DNA of 64,000 bases from Nitrosopumilus sp. (GCA_965214775.1 OZ243974.1:416001-480000); one strand, 5' to 3'; positions 41,444 through 52,181 are shown, counted from the first letter of the stretch. Notes: generated by a model not told the origin, from the sequence alone. A program made the numbers and translations.

Positions 41444-41668
41444 CTATTTTTTTACCAACAACTTTTTTGATATTTTAAGAGAAAACCCCATGGCGACAAA
41501 ATGAATTATTCCTCCTATGACTGCAGATGTAAGCATGTCATCAGTAATCATCCAAGAGATCACAAACCCTGCCAATGACGGAACGGTAAGAATCGCGGCA
41601 ATTATCGTGCCCTTAAGAAATATTTCGCGTCCGGACAGGAGGATGTCGGATTTTTTATCGTCTGCCAA
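41444..41668 (-). CDS. Small two-TM membrane protein
   Basis: Two hydrophobic segments. Confidence 0.75.
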   Translation of the reverse strand: MADDKKSDILLSGREIFLKGTIIAAILTVPSLAGFVISWMITDDMLTSAVIGGIIHFVAMGFSLKISKKLLVKK

Positions 41669-41740
41669 TTCCCAGTTTTGGTGACAATCGTAATAAAAAC
41701 CAAAGATACTTTATATTTGGCAGACTCGAATTTTTACTGT

Positions 41741-42199
41741 TTGGCAAGCTACAAGGGAACGTATTCCAACGAGCAATCATTGAATTTTGCAATTCCGATA
41801 ATCATAATTCTGTTTTTGGGAATTGTTTACGTAATGACCCAGAGGGCAGATTCAGGATTTGCCAGTTTTATTCTGATTGGGGCAGCCGCAGTTACCATGT
41901 TTTACTGGGTAAGGGTTCTAAAGAAGATGACACGAGAACAGGCACCTGCGTATTCACAGGTAAGAGAGCAGGAGACAAAGAACTGGGTCTATGATCTCAT
42001 CAAGGGCGAGGGGGAGTTTGTGTTTGTTGCAGAGGTTCCCGGCCCCGAGGATAAAATTGCAGTAAGGCTGATTGACGGGATTCTTTACATCAGGGGGACT
42101 GCCGGTTTTTCAAAAGAGGTCCCCATTGAAGTGGCAAACGACATGCAAATAGTCGATTTCAAATACAGAAATGGCGTCCTGACACTCATAATAAGATAA
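41741..42199 (+). CDS. Membrane-anchored Hsp20/alpha-crystallin domain protein
   Basis: Two TMs then VAEVPG...YRNGVLTL. Confidence 0.85.
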   Translation: MASYKGTYSNEQSLNFAIPIIIILFLGIVYVMTQRADSGFASFILIGAAAVTMFYWVRVLKKMTREQAPAYSQVREQETKNWVYDLIKGEGEFVFVAEVPGPEDKIAVRLIDGILYIRGTAGFSKEVPIEVANDMQIVDFKYRNGVLTLIIR

Positions 42200-43354
42200 T
42201 TACAGGCTTTTTGCCAGCTCTAACTTTTGTGGAAGGTATTTGTCAGTGATGTTTGTAAGACCGTATTTTGCAAATGCCTCCAATTCTGCCTTTCTTTTTA
42301 GTCTAAGGAAGACCTCCAGCTCTTTTTTCCATATTCCGGATTCGTATCTAGGATCTTTTTGCAAGTCATAGCATCTCTTGACATCAGACTCGGTCATGGG
42401 AATTGTTGGCAGTTTGTATTTTTCAATATCCGTGGCCCACACTCCCACCCATTTTGCGTCAGGTACGGTCAACTCCCTGAGATGTGCTGCATTAGCAGAG
42501 CCTGACTTGATTACCATTGCAATGTGTTCTCCATAGACGTCCCCGTCAGTCAGGATTATTACCGGCAGTCCCATCTCGTCATGCAGTCTTTTAAGCAGGG
42601 TCCTTGTAGAACGAGGGGCCTGTCCGCCGGTATTGATGATGATGGATTTGAATTTTTTATCAACCTGCTCTTCGACGAACCGTGTAAAGAGACCGCCTTT
42701 TTCAATTGCAATGACAATTTCGGCACTAGTATCGGTCAGCTCTGCAGTGGTCAAGCTCGGACCAATGGAATAGCCATCAGGGTGATTTGACAAGTTCATC
42801 GTTTTTCCCTCGTATCCGGGAATGGTGTATTCAATATCCAAATCTCCAAAGATAGAACTTCTTTCTTCAGGGAAGATGTGAAAATCCTCCCGGGGTCTGG
42901 AAGTAACAGCCTCCAGATCCACGATAATGTTGTCAGATTCGGACTGGTCGTCAAATTCAATTGCAAATGCCTGCGAGGAATAGTAAACGTCTCTCAGCGT
43001 GGATGATTTCTTCTCCAGGGTAAGCCGATTGGCAAAGAATGCCAGCCACATTAATTGGGTAAACGAGCGGAGTTGGGAGGAGTTTTTTGCGCTTCTTAGT
43101 GCAGAGGAACTGCCCAGGATGTATTGCCTGAGTTTTTTGTCATAAACTATGTTTCCGACAGAGCGGCTTGGAATTGAAAATTTTGGGAATTTGCCGTTAT
43201 CCAGGTCTTCGTAGATCTTGGCACCGTGATTTTTCAGAGCTGCAAGGACGTTCTTTTGCTTTTCTTTAGCTGTTTGGCCTGGTGCCCTTGGCTTTGGCTT
43301 TTTAGTTGCCTTCAATTGGTTTTTCATCCTCTTTCTTCTGCCTCTCCTCTGCAT
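42200..43354 (-). CDS. top6A: DNA topoisomerase VI subunit A
   Basis: STLRDVYY, AIEK, GGQAPRSTR, TDGDVYG, KAELEA. Confidence 0.97.
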   Translation of the reverse strand: MQRRGRRKRMKNQLKATKKPKPRAPGQTAKEKQKNVLAALKNHGAKIYEDLDNGKFPKFSIPSRSVGNIVYDKKLRQYILGSSSALRSAKNSSQLRSFTQLMWLAFFANRLTLEKKSSTLRDVYYSSQAFAIEFDDQSESDNIIVDLEAVTSRPREDFHIFPEERSSIFGDLDIEYTIPGYEGKTMNLSNHPDGYSIGPSLTTAELTDTSAEIVIAIEKGGLFTRFVEEQVDKKFKSIIINTGGQAPRSTRTLLKRLHDEMGLPVIILTDGDVYGEHIAMVIKSGSANAAHLRELTVPDAKWVGVWATDIEKYKLPTIPMTESDVKRCYDLQKDPRYESGIWKKELEVFLRLKRKAELEAFAKYGLTNITDKYLPQKLELAKSL

Positions 43355-45194
43355 TTGGCTTGTTTTCAGTCGTAAGCTGCTCTTCTAAAATTTTCTTATA
43401 ATTAGGTTCCTTCTCCCTGCCTGCAAGCTCGGTACAGAACTCTGCGATCATTGGGACGTACTTTGCATACAGATTGGCCCTCTTCCTTGCCATTTCAGCC
43501 TGGCCTCTTTTTGACATGTATGCGGCCAGTTTTCTTGACAGGTATTGCAAAGCCAGGCGCAGTTCTCTTTCAATCTCCTGCCTGTCTGCGACATTTTCTT
43601 TTCCGGCAGTCTTGTACGGAATTCTGGTAGAGCAGATGTGCGAAACAATGACAAACGGAGGTTCGCCTTTGATTTTATAGCGGCCCCAATCCGTATCGCG
43701 GACCACCTTGAGAACTACGTCGCTGCCTTCATCGTACAGCAGTGGGATTCTGTTTGCGTATCGATACACGTGCGGTCCTCCAGGCCTGATGTCTCCGCCA
43801 TATGCAATTCCCATTTCAATGACAAAGGGAAAACCAGAGTATGCAGAGGCCGGGCGCTGAACCACAGCGGCAAAATCAGGATTGAAGAATTTTCTGATTC
43901 CCTTTTCTAGCGGGATCTCGCCCAGAGGGGCCAAGCAGCTTGGATCCGGTGCAAGAAAATCATCGTATCTCTGAAGAGAGTCGCTGAGATTGACCAGTTC
44001 CTGGTTTGTCATGGCTCCCATTCTTTTTTCGGGTTTGAATCCTGCAAATTCAGCAAACTTTACTGCTGTTGTCGCGCCTACCCGTTGGAATCGCTTTGTA
44101 AGAAACGTGTTTAGCTGTTCTCCTTGGACAGTATTTGTCAGTTGTTTGTAGTATTGACTGTCAGGATCCATGTCTACGGATTTTGATTGCGAGTCACCAA
44201 AATCCCAATAATACAGTTTTTTGTTTGGAACGTCAAGATCCTCTATTCTAATTTTGTTCAATTTGTCAAAATCCATTCTAAGAAAGGACATCAGTGCAAT
44301 AACAACGCGAACTTGTCTGGAAAGATTCCTCCATTTCTTCTTTGCCTTTGCCATAATTGCCGTAAAGCCAAGGTTTTGTTTTGACAGTCCCAGGTCTTTT
44401 CTGACCTTTTCTATCATTGGATCATCAATTGTAGGAATTTCAAATTGGGACTCTGCAATCATCCTTCTAATCCTTTCGACGTCAACTCCGTGTGGGTGGG
44501 GCCGGATAATTGTCGGAGGGGGAGGCATGTCTTTTACAAATCTCGGATGGGAGAATTTTTCCCCTTTTGGATCATCAAAGGTCATGGATGCATAAGGGGT
44601 AATCAACGAAGTTTCATATACATATTCACGTATTTTGATTCCGGCCTTTGAGTAGTCTCCCTCCAGACAAACGCTTACAGACAGTCCTTTTCTTGCCGCT
44701 TCTTTTGTAGTGTGTTTTACAATGACTGGCTTGTTTTTTTCAATGTCCAGCAGGATTTCAAACTGATCCTGTGTTTTTCCATCAGTGCAGCTCTTTACAA
44801 CGACAGGCTTGTTTGTGGTGATTTGGCCATAAAGTATCGCCATTGTGGCACCGAGTCCAAACATTCCCCGGGCTTGTTTTAGGCCAAATTTCGAACCGTA
44901 AAGAACCGTCCCAAAAGCCAGGGGGACGTGCTTTGCATCCACTCCGGGGCCGTTGTCCTTTACAGTCAGAATGTATGGTTTGGGGTCCGGCTTGCCAGGA
45001 TCAACTGCCTTGATTGTAAGATGAACGTCAGGCAGGATGCCCTTTTGATCACATGCATCAAGGGCATTTTCAACAAATTCCCTTACTGCAGTGTATAACG
45101 AACGAGTGGGATTGCTAAATCCTGCCAAATCACGGTTGCTGTAAAAGAACTCGCTTGGGGAAATTTGGTTGAATTTTTCCTTAATAGAAGACAT
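43302..45194 (-). CDS. top6B: DNA topoisomerase VI subunit B
   Basis: EFVENALDA, DNGPG, GSKF..QARGMFGLG, PHPHG, ANRIPLLYD. Confidence 0.97.
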   Translation of the reverse strand: MSSIKEKFNQISPSEFFYSNRDLAGFSNPTRSLYTAVREFVENALDACDQKGILPDVHLTIKAVDPGKPDPKPYILTVKDNGPGVDAKHVPLAFGTVLYGSKFGLKQARGMFGLGATMAILYGQITTNKPVVVKSCTDGKTQDQFEILLDIEKNKPVIVKHTTKEAARKGLSVSVCLEGDYSKAGIKIREYVYETSLITPYASMTFDDPKGEKFSHPRFVKDMPPPPTIIRPHPHGVDVERIRRMIAESQFEIPTIDDPMIEKVRKDLGLSKQNLGFTAIMAKAKKKWRNLSRQVRVVIALMSFLRMDFDKLNKIRIEDLDVPNKKLYYWDFGDSQSKSVDMDPDSQYYKQLTNTVQGEQLNTFLTKRFQRVGATTAVKFAEFAGFKPEKRMGAMTNQELVNLSDSLQRYDDFLAPDPSCLAPLGEIPLEKGIRKFFNPDFAAVVQRPASAYSGFPFVIEMGIAYGGDIRPGGPHVYRYANRIPLLYDEGSDVVLKVVRDTDWGRYKIKGEPPFVIVSHICSTRIPYKTAGKENVADRQEIERELRLALQYLSRKLAAYMSKRGQAEMARKRANLYAKYVPMIAEFCTELAGREKEPNYKKILEEQLTTENKPNAEERQKKEDEKPIEGN

Positions 45195-45756
45195 CTTTCT
45201 GATTTTCCCACAATTTCATCTTGTCTTCTTTCTCTTTTCTGTTTGCAGCCTCCAGTTTGTTGTAGACTGCGCCATGCATGCTTCCGTTTGAAATTGAAGA
45301 TATTGCATCAGCTGCAAGACGCAATTTTCTTGCATCGCCAATAATTGAAACTGTTTTGCCATAAACCGAAATGTGTGTACCGCTAAGATTTTCCATGTTT
45401 CTTCTTGCCCTACCCCCTTCTCCAATAATTCTCCCTTTTATCCTTTCGACATTTGCATTTGATTTTCCGGCAAACTCCCTAAGATCTATCACATGCAATG
45501 TATTTTCCCCCTTTAGCAGGGTCATGGCATTTTCAGGCGAAAAACCCCTGCCAACAGCTGTGACAATTTCCATTGCCTTGAAAGGTTCTGTCTTTTCGAC
45601 AGAGCCGGCTGATCTTATCAGTACCTCCCCGGTTTCCCCGTCGATATCCAGAGAGACACGGCACATAGATTGAATTTTTGATTTTACATTGCCTGATTTC
45701 CCAATGAGGACTGCTATTCGATCATTTGGGATTCTAATCAACTTCTCAAAGCTCAT
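45181..45756 (-). CDS. KH-domain RNA-processing protein (Dim2/Pno1 homolog)
   Basis: LIGKSG, GRGFSPE, GRIIGEGG KH motifs. Confidence 0.93.
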   Translation of the reverse strand: MSFEKLIRIPNDRIAVLIGKSGNVKSKIQSMCRVSLDIDGETGEVLIRSAGSVEKTEPFKAMEIVTAVGRGFSPENAMTLLKGENTLHVIDLREFAGKSNANVERIKGRIIGEGGRARRNMENLSGTHISVYGKTVSIIGDARKLRLAADAISSISNGSMHGAVYNKLEAANRKEKEDKMKLWENQKDVFY

Positions 45757-46535
45757 TTTGCAATTTCCTCATAGACTTCATCTGGATCCCTTACGGAGAT
45801 GCCCCTTTTATTGAAGAACCGGGTTATGTTGCTAATATCCCTTTTAAGAAGATTCTGAGAGTTTGGATGCCTCAAATCAACTGCAGAGCCCAAATCAAAG
45901 ACGACCAGTCGGCCATCTGTCTTGAAGACATTGTATTGAGAATAGTCCCCATGGACCAGTCTTGCCTTTTGATAAAGATCTCCGATGATGGATATTGACT
46001 GCAGATAATCATTATAGTCTACCTGGGATTCCAGCAGTGTTTTTGACGGCGACCCGCCGTCGCTTCCAATGAAATCCATGGCCAGGACATTGTTTGCAAC
46101 CAGAATGGGCTTGGGAACAGGAATGCCGGCATCATAGCACTGAGAGAGGTTGCGGAACTCCTTTTTGGCCCAGAGATAAACGAGGTTTTTTGTACCTTTT
46201 TTTACGTTTGAGAACCTAGGATCACCCAGGATGTAGGGCTCTCGTTTCTTAAAATTAGAAGTGCTGACCAGGTAAATTTTCAAAGCCACGTTTTTTTGGT
46301 CGTCATCTACGCCCCAAAACAGTACGGATTCCTTTCCGGCGCTGACTGCCCCGTTCACACAAGAGATCACATGATCAGCAATCATCTTGTATAGCGTCAT
46401 AACGGTCGGCTTGTCTAGGACCTCATTGACAACCTTGCCTTTTTTAAATCCGTCATCAAGCTGTCTTCTTTTTGATTTGGAGTATAGTTTCCTGTCTATT
46501 TTTGATTCCAGGTTGCGGCTTAGTTCATCAGACAT
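45753..46535 (-). CDS. rio1: RIO1-family kinase
   Basis: SAGKES, ALKIY, WAKKEFRNL, LVHGDYSQYN, FDLG. Confidence 0.93.
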   Translation of the reverse strand: MSDELSRNLESKIDRKLYSKSKRRQLDDGFKKGKVVNEVLDKPTVMTLYKMIADHVISCVNGAVSAGKESVLFWGVDDDQKNVALKIYLVSTSNFKKREPYILGDPRFSNVKKGTKNLVYLWAKKEFRNLSQCYDAGIPVPKPILVANNVLAMDFIGSDGGSPSKTLLESQVDYNDYLQSISIIGDLYQKARLVHGDYSQYNVFKTDGRLVVFDLGSAVDLRHPNSQNLLKRDISNITRFFNKRGISVRDPDEVYEEIAK

Positions 46536-46591
46536 TTTGCAAAGCCCCCACCGGCAAAAAATTGTTCTTGGAAAAAACATTGTATGCCATG

Positions 46592-46888
46592 TCACATTTT
46601 AAAGACGATTAAAAATGGCACGTCTGAAATGGTTTTTACGCCGTTCTCAGAACCAATTCCAAGTTCCAGCGATAATGAGACAGTTTCTTTTCCAACCATG
46701 TTGATGATAGAAGAATTTTGCAGCAGTGTCTTTGCCTCCTCTCGATCAACAAGTTTTTGGCCATAGTAGCTTTCACTGATATGTATGTTCAGTTCCCCCT
46801 CGGTGATGTTTTGTCCCAGCAATTCGGCGTCACAGATGTTTAGCATCGGGTTTTTTTGATAGTCAGTAATTCTTGCAGAGAATTGCAT
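46592..46888 (-). CDS. DUF424-family protein
   Basis: ICDAELLG, SESYYG, INMVG. Confidence 0.85.
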   Translation of the reverse strand: MQFSARITDYQKNPMLNICDAELLGQNITEGELNIHISESYYGQKLVDREEAKTLLQNSSIINMVGKETVSLSLELGIGSENGVKTISDVPFLIVFKM

Positions 46889-47319
46889 TATGCATATTTA
46901 CCTTTAAGGGTGGATTTTGCACCACATGCCTCACAGATTAAAAACGAAATTCTGTTTTCCTTTTCAATTTTGGTGTCGGGGCTTTTGCATGTAGGGCACT
47001 CTAGATAATCCTTAACATAAATTTGAAACAGTCTTGTAAAATCATCAGGTGCGCGTTTTCCGATAAACATTGCCTTGTCACCCAATCTTTCGGCGGGAAC
47101 GGCGAATTCTTTTGACAGGTATTGAAGAACTTTGTCAGGATCCCTTCTTAGAACTTTGGGAAATTCAGAAAAGTTACGCAGGAATGTCTTTTGGCCTTCC
47201 CACATGACATCAACTACCGGAAGTTCAAATCTGGCGGAGGGATCCTTTTTGGTCTCTCCCAGCTTGTCCTGGATTCGCTTAAGCAAACTCTCATATTCTG
47301 CCTTTGTCAATACAACCAA
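46888..47319 (-). CDS. eif2b: Translation initiation factor aIF-2 beta
   Basis: YESLLKR, RFELP, CPTCKSPDT..CEACGA. Confidence 0.95.
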   Translation of the reverse strand: MVVLTKAEYESLLKRIQDKLGETKKDPSARFELPVVDVMWEGQKTFLRNFSEFPKVLRRDPDKVLQYLSKEFAVPAERLGDKAMFIGKRAPDDFTRLFQIYVKDYLECPTCKSPDTKIEKENRISFLICEACGAKSTLKGKYA

Positions 47320-47383
47320 GTATACACTAGACCCTATATGGGTTTTGAAAAAGAGAAATCGTGTGGACTTCTGTTAATAATGG

Positions 47384-47530
47384 CTATTCCACTTTTCCTA
47401 TTCGGAAAACATTAGTTCCACATTCTGGACATGTGCCTTTTACGGCCGGACGTCCGTTTTTCAGTTTAGTTTCTTTGGGATCTTTTACTTCCCTTTTAGC
47501 CCTGCATTTTACGCAATACGCTTCAACCAT
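47384..47530 (-). CDS. 48-aa zinc-ribbon protein (DUF5679-like)
   Basis: MVEAYCVKCRAKREVKDPKETKLKNGRPAVKGTCPECGTNVFRIGKVE; below the ORF-track cutoff. Confidence 0.9.
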   Translation of the reverse strand: MVEAYCVKCRAKREVKDPKETKLKNGRPAVKGTCPECGTNVFRIGKVE

Positions 47531-47777
47531 TCTAAAAATTCTCAAACTTTGTGGTATTTAGGAGGAGCCTGTAAAAATTATTTCACCATAAACTAGATGC
47601 AGATGAATTTTTTCAGACGTCAAAAGATCAAAAATGGTAAATATTATACGTAAAATCAAAAATTTAAGAAAAATTTTTATGTAAAATATTGAAAATACGG
47701 TAATTTTCAGGGATTTGATCATCTGAAGCGATTTCTTGAGACCACAAGTTATAAGCCAGAAATGCCAAAAGCCAGAA

Positions 47778-48278
47778 ATGGCTTCAAAAAAGGGGATAGC
47801 AGTCACTGCAATAGTTTTAGCGGCAATCACAGGAGGTAGTTTTCTTGTATGGCTTGTTCCAGCAGACAACCAGACAACGTTTGTTGTTTCAGACTATGAG
47901 GGTTATCTTGACGGAGTCAAGAATATTCACGAAGTTCTAGAAGAGTCTGTCGAGATGGATTATCACAGCCTCAGAAACGGGGAGATTTCTCCAAGAGACT
48001 ATAACGTTCTTGCCGATGTAACGTCATCCCAGGTTACGGCACAGATAAGCGAGTTTGTCACATCCAAACCGCCAGAAGAATGGCAGGGCAGTTACATCAG
48101 CTATATGGAAGCAATGAAAAAATTCAACGAATACGTAGGAGAAACCAGGGTTCTAGCGTCAATGATCGAAAACGGCGATTCCGAAGATGAGATGAATCAA
48201 GTGGTTCAGAAAATTGAAGAGTTGAAAAAAGAGTCGCAGGAATTGATCAGGTCATCAGACGAGTCCAGGCCAAGATAG
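47778..48278 (+). CDS. Hypothetical membrane-anchored helical protein
   Basis: MASKKGIAVTAIVLAAITGGSFLVW anchor. Confidence 0.8.
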   Translation: MASKKGIAVTAIVLAAITGGSFLVWLVPADNQTTFVVSDYEGYLDGVKNIHEVLEESVEMDYHSLRNGEISPRDYNVLADVTSSQVTAQISEFVTSKPPEEWQGSYISYMEAMKKFNEYVGETRVLASMIENGDSEDEMNQVVQKIEELKKESQELIRSSDESRPR

Positions 48279-48353
48279 CCTCAAATCCGAATTTTACTAG
48301 CCACAATAGTTGGAAATCGTTAAAAGGTGATTTTGTGATAAAGATAACAGGAC

Positions 48354-49499
48354 ATGTCTCAAAGATCTGACAAGGTGGAAAAAGACGTCAACGTCTCGAC
48401 TGCCAACAGACTGCTGGTAATTTGCATAGACAGGGATAATGACGTAGGCGAGAAGGCCGGAATTGTCACACCAGTCATAGGCAGGGACGCATGCATCGAG
48501 GCCGCACAGAGATTGGCCCTGGAAGATCCGGAGGACGCAGATTCAAATTCAATTTTTTCTGCAATAAAGACATACGAGGATCTTATCAGCAAGGGCTACC
48601 AGGTAGAGGTAGTTACAGTTGCAGGGGTCAAGGACAGGGGGGTTCAGGCAGACGAGAAGATTTTAAGTGATACAAAAAAGGTGCTGGAGGAGTTTTCTGC
48701 CAATGGCGCAGTGATTGTATCTGACGGGGAGGACGACGAGAGCGTTATTCCGGTAATTCAAAACGTGCTGCCAGTAGTCTCAGTTCAACGCGTAGTCATG
48801 AAGGTAAGCAGGAGCGTCGAGTATTCCTATGCAGTTTTTGGCAAATACCTGAAGATGGTCGCATATGACTCAAAATATTCCAAGTTCTTTTTAGGAGTTC
48901 CAGGAATTCTTTTGTTGATAGGCGGGATAGCTACAGTGTTTGGATATACTGCAGAAATTTTTGCAGTGCTTGTCAGCATTTTGGGCGGTGCATTTGTGAT
49001 AAGAGCCTTTGACATAGACAGGGCTTGGTCAAGCTGGTCAAAACCAACGCCGATGGGATTCATCAGAATTTTCACAATGGTTGCAGGAGTGTTGCTTATG
49101 CTGTCATCTGTTCCGGCCGGAGTCAGTACGGTGGATCCTGCACTGTTGGAAGCTGACACGGAATTGATTGGAAAGATTTCAGACAAGGTAATCATCGGAC
49201 AGTTTGTTGCAGGAGCTCTGCCAATCCTGTGGATTGGAATGGGTTCAATCTTTGCCGGAACGCTTCTAAGTAACTGGATTGGAGGGATTCCAAGGCAGAT
49301 CAGCGACATCTTGAGAATTGTCGTGTTAGCTTCGCTGTATCCTACAATTGCACAGTTTACCAGCATCATGATTTACGAAGAGAGTTCATTTACACTGATT
49401 CCGCCACTCCTGGGAGGACTGGCAGCGACCTTGGTATCGGCGACCATTCTCTTCAAAAAATACAGAAGAAACAGGGATCAAGAGATGGTTTCAGATTAA
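48354..49499 (+). CDS. DUF373-family membrane protein
   Basis: CIDRDNDVG, DPEDADSN, VSDGEDD, multiple TMs. Confidence 0.9.
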   Translation: MSQRSDKVEKDVNVSTANRLLVICIDRDNDVGEKAGIVTPVIGRDACIEAAQRLALEDPEDADSNSIFSAIKTYEDLISKGYQVEVVTVAGVKDRGVQADEKILSDTKKVLEEFSANGAVIVSDGEDDESVIPVIQNVLPVVSVQRVVMKVSRSVEYSYAVFGKYLKMVAYDSKYSKFFLGVPGILLLIGGIATVFGYTAEIFAVLVSILGGAFVIRAFDIDRAWSSWSKPTPMGFIRIFTMVAGVLLMLSSVPAGVSTVDPALLEADTELIGKISDKVIIGQFVAGALPILWIGMGSIFAGTLLSNWIGGIPRQISDILRIVVLASLYPTIAQFTSIMIYEESSFTLIPPLLGGLAATLVSATILFKKYRRNRDQEMVSD

Positions 49500-49571
49500 A
49501 TTTTTAAAATCTGCCAGATCATCATTGAAAAACACTGATATTTCTAGGCACGTACCTACCTAAGGGTAGAG

Positions 49572-50363
49572 ATGAACAGGATAAAAGACGTTTTTTTTCA
49601 CTTGTCAGGACTGTACAAAATCTACGGAAAAAGGCTTGAAAACGAGATCAGGGGCGGGGACATTCCCAACCATGTAGCGTTAATTCTTGACGGAAACAGA
49701 AGATGGGCCAAAAGGCACCTTACAATGCCAAAAGAGGGGCACTGGAAGGGCGCCGATGCAGTAGAGAGCCTGCTGGACTGGTGTGAGGAATTTGACATCA
49801 AAATTGTCACCCTGTACGCATTATCAGCTGAAAATCTAGGCAGAAATGACGATGAGATGGATTACCTGTATGAGCTGATCAGATTAAGATTAGAGAAATT
49901 ATACAACGATCCTAGAATCCACAGAGACCAGATGAGGGTAAAAGGAATTGGGAGAATTGAACTGCTCCCAGATTCCATCAGAGCAGTTTTACAAAGGTTG
50001 GATGACGCAACAAAGGACTATAGCAATCGTTTTCTAAATATCGCACTGGCATATGGCGGGCAGTACGAACTGGTTGACGCAGTTAAAAAAATCGGGGAAA
50101 AAATCAAGAAAGGATCCTTGGACATAGATGAAATTAGCAAGAAGGAGATTGAATCAAACCTGTACACGTCACATCTGCCGCAGTCATCGCCAGACATGAT
50201 ATTGCGCACATCGGGCGAAAAAAGACTGAGCGGGTTTCTAATGTGGCAAAGTGCATACAGCGAATTGGTTTTCATGGATATCTTCTGGCCCGAGTTCAGA
50301 AAGATAGATCTGATGCGGGCAATCAGGACGTTTCAGCAGAGAAAAAGAAGGCTGGGCAGATGA
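49572..50363 (+). CDS. uppS: cis-polyprenyl diphosphate synthase
   Basis: ILDGNRRWA, YALSAEN, RTSGEKRLSGFL. Confidence 0.96.
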   Translation: MNRIKDVFFHLSGLYKIYGKRLENEIRGGDIPNHVALILDGNRRWAKRHLTMPKEGHWKGADAVESLLDWCEEFDIKIVTLYALSAENLGRNDDEMDYLYELIRLRLEKLYNDPRIHRDQMRVKGIGRIELLPDSIRAVLQRLDDATKDYSNRFLNIALAYGGQYELVDAVKKIGEKIKKGSLDIDEISKKEIESNLYTSHLPQSSPDMILRTSGEKRLSGFLMWQSAYSELVFMDIFWPEFRKIDLMRAIRTFQQRKRRLGR

Positions 50364-50779
50364 TCAGAGAGACGTCGGCAGGAATCGTGCTGTTTAGAAG
50401 AGAGGGTGACAGGAATCAGTTTTTGTTACTGCATTATCCGTCTGGACATTGGGATTTTGTTAAAGGAAAAATGGAATCAGGCGAATCTGCCCGCGAAACG
50501 GCGATAAGGGAAGCTAGGGAAGAGACAGGGATTGCAGACATTGCATTTTTGGATAATTTCGAAGAGTGGATAGAGTATGATTTTCAATTCCGAGGGGAGC
50601 TGGTGCGCAAGAAGGTGGTATTCTTTCTAGCTGAAACCGGCACTGCAAACATAGAAATTTCTCACGAACACTTGGGCTATACCTGGATGGATTACAATGC
50701 GGCAATGGAAAAAACGACATTTGACAACGCAAAAACCGTGCTGGCCAAGGCACAGACGCTACTTGCCCAGGCTTTGTAA
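50360..50779 (+). CDS. NUDIX hydrolase (Ap4A hydrolase-like)
   Basis: HWDFVKG..E.GE....A.RE..EETG. Confidence 0.93.
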   Translation: MIRETSAGIVLFRREGDRNQFLLLHYPSGHWDFVKGKMESGESARETAIREAREETGIADIAFLDNFEEWIEYDFQFRGELVRKKVVFFLAETGTANIEISHEHLGYTWMDYNAAMEKTTFDNAKTVLAKAQTLLAQAL

Positions 50780-51505
50780 TTGCAGGGTTTTTGCCGTCCC
50801 CTTTGGATTTTTTGCATTCAGAATGGTTCTGCCGACAATCAGAAAGTCAGTCCCCAAAGAGATCGCTTCTGAAGCATCTCCGCCCTGAGTGCCAACCCCC
50901 GGGGAGTAGATGGCCAGTTTTTTGCCCGCAAGTTTTGAGCAATATTGAATGATTTCCGGGAATGTGGCTCCGACAACAATTCCGTCTGCCTTGGATTCCA
51001 AGGCCCAGTCCAAAAACAGCTGGTAAAGCTGCTGTTGCTTCTTCTCTCTCGTTTTTACCTCCATGCCATAAGACAGTCGGGCCTCAGGGGCGCTCATATG
51101 GCATAGCGTGATGACCCCCTTGCTGTTTTTATGGGCAGATTTGACAAGATTTTTCAGACTGTCCAATCCCATTATGGGATTTGCGATAACGGCGTCAAAT
51201 CCCAGCCGCCACAGATACTCAATTGCCGCCTGATTTGTGTCTCCTATGTCATTGAGCTTGATATCGGCGATTGTTTGCAGTCCAAACCGGTGGGCAGTTT
51301 CTGTGATCTTTGAAATTTGTTTGCCGCTTAACGGCAAAAGCAGATGAAGGTTTAGCTTTATTGCACAAAGGTGGGGGTGCAATTGCTCAATGTTTTTGAT
51401 GGTTTTTGATTCCAGGTTTTTGACAGACGGGCCATAATCGTTTGCAAGAATTGCCTTGCCGTTTGTCCTGGAGATCCTTGAAATTCTAGTTTTGAAGGTG
51501 GGCAT
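50759..51505 (-). CDS. pyrF: Orotidine 5'-phosphate decarboxylase
   Basis: ADIKLNDIGDT, VVGAT, SPGVGTQGG, IVGRTI. Confidence 0.95.
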   Translation of the reverse strand: MPTFKTRISRISRTNGKAILANDYGPSVKNLESKTIKNIEQLHPHLCAIKLNLHLLLPLSGKQISKITETAHRFGLQTIADIKLNDIGDTNQAAIEYLWRLGFDAVIANPIMGLDSLKNLVKSAHKNSKGVITLCHMSAPEARLSYGMEVKTREKKQQQLYQLFLDWALESKADGIVVGATFPEIIQYCSKLAGKKLAIYSPGVGTQGGDASEAISLGTDFLIVGRTILNAKNPKGTAKTLQLQSLGK

Positions 51506-52181
51506 AATCGACTAATGGGTGGGTCTCTTTTAATTTTATAATTTTTACATAGGAATAGCCGTGTTCGGAGGGATTTTCAACAAAAACAGGCTCAGAATCA
51601 TTAGAAAGGGAGAATTTCAGGAAGGGCTTTGCCGGATCGCTGTCTAAAACAACATGGCAAAAATAGGAGGTTCCCTCCTCATGAAAGTTCATAAAAACCC
51701 CCAGCAGCCACTTTTCCGAATGAGGAAACAGGAATAGGGGGAATGGAACCTCGTCAAAGCCCCAGGTTAGTTTTGCCAGGCTGAACATATCTTCCAACTC
51801 AATTGGCTGGTATCGATCCATGGTTCCGTTTCCAGGCCTTAATGTTTTTGGAAGCGACTTTATCCTAACAATCGGAGAGTACAGTCTGCTGGAATCGGAA
51901 GTCGAGTTTACTATTTCAGACTCCTCCTTTCCGCCTTTTAGTCCATAGCACAAGTAGTGGCCATTGCTCTCCAAAGTGGTATAGTACACAATCGGCTTTT
52001 CTTTTAGCACATCCATCTGAACCGAAAGAATTTTTCTCCCGTCATGATCGTGCAAAAAGGAGACTCTCGGTGCGCGCTCAAGGGCACAAACGAGCCTAGA
52101 AAACTCCAGCGTGGAATTGACCTGGATGTAGCGGGGCAGCTTGTCAGAAGAACCTTGAATTTTATCCACGTATGTGCTCAA
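51486..52181 (-). CDS. Conserved hypothetical protein
   Basis: Long ORF co-oriented between purA and pyrF. Confidence 0.8.
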   Translation of the reverse strand: MSTYVDKIQGSSDKLPRYIQVNSTLEFSRLVCALERAPRVSFLHDHDGRKILSVQMDVLKEKPIVYYTTLESNGHYLCYGLKGGKEESEIVNSTSDSSRLYSPIVRIKSLPKTLRPGNGTMDRYQPIELEDMFSLAKLTWGFDEVPFPLFLFPHSEKWLLGVFMNFHEEGTSYFCHVVLDSDPAKPFLKFSLSNDSEPVFVENPSEHGYSYVKIIKLKETHPLVDYAHLQN

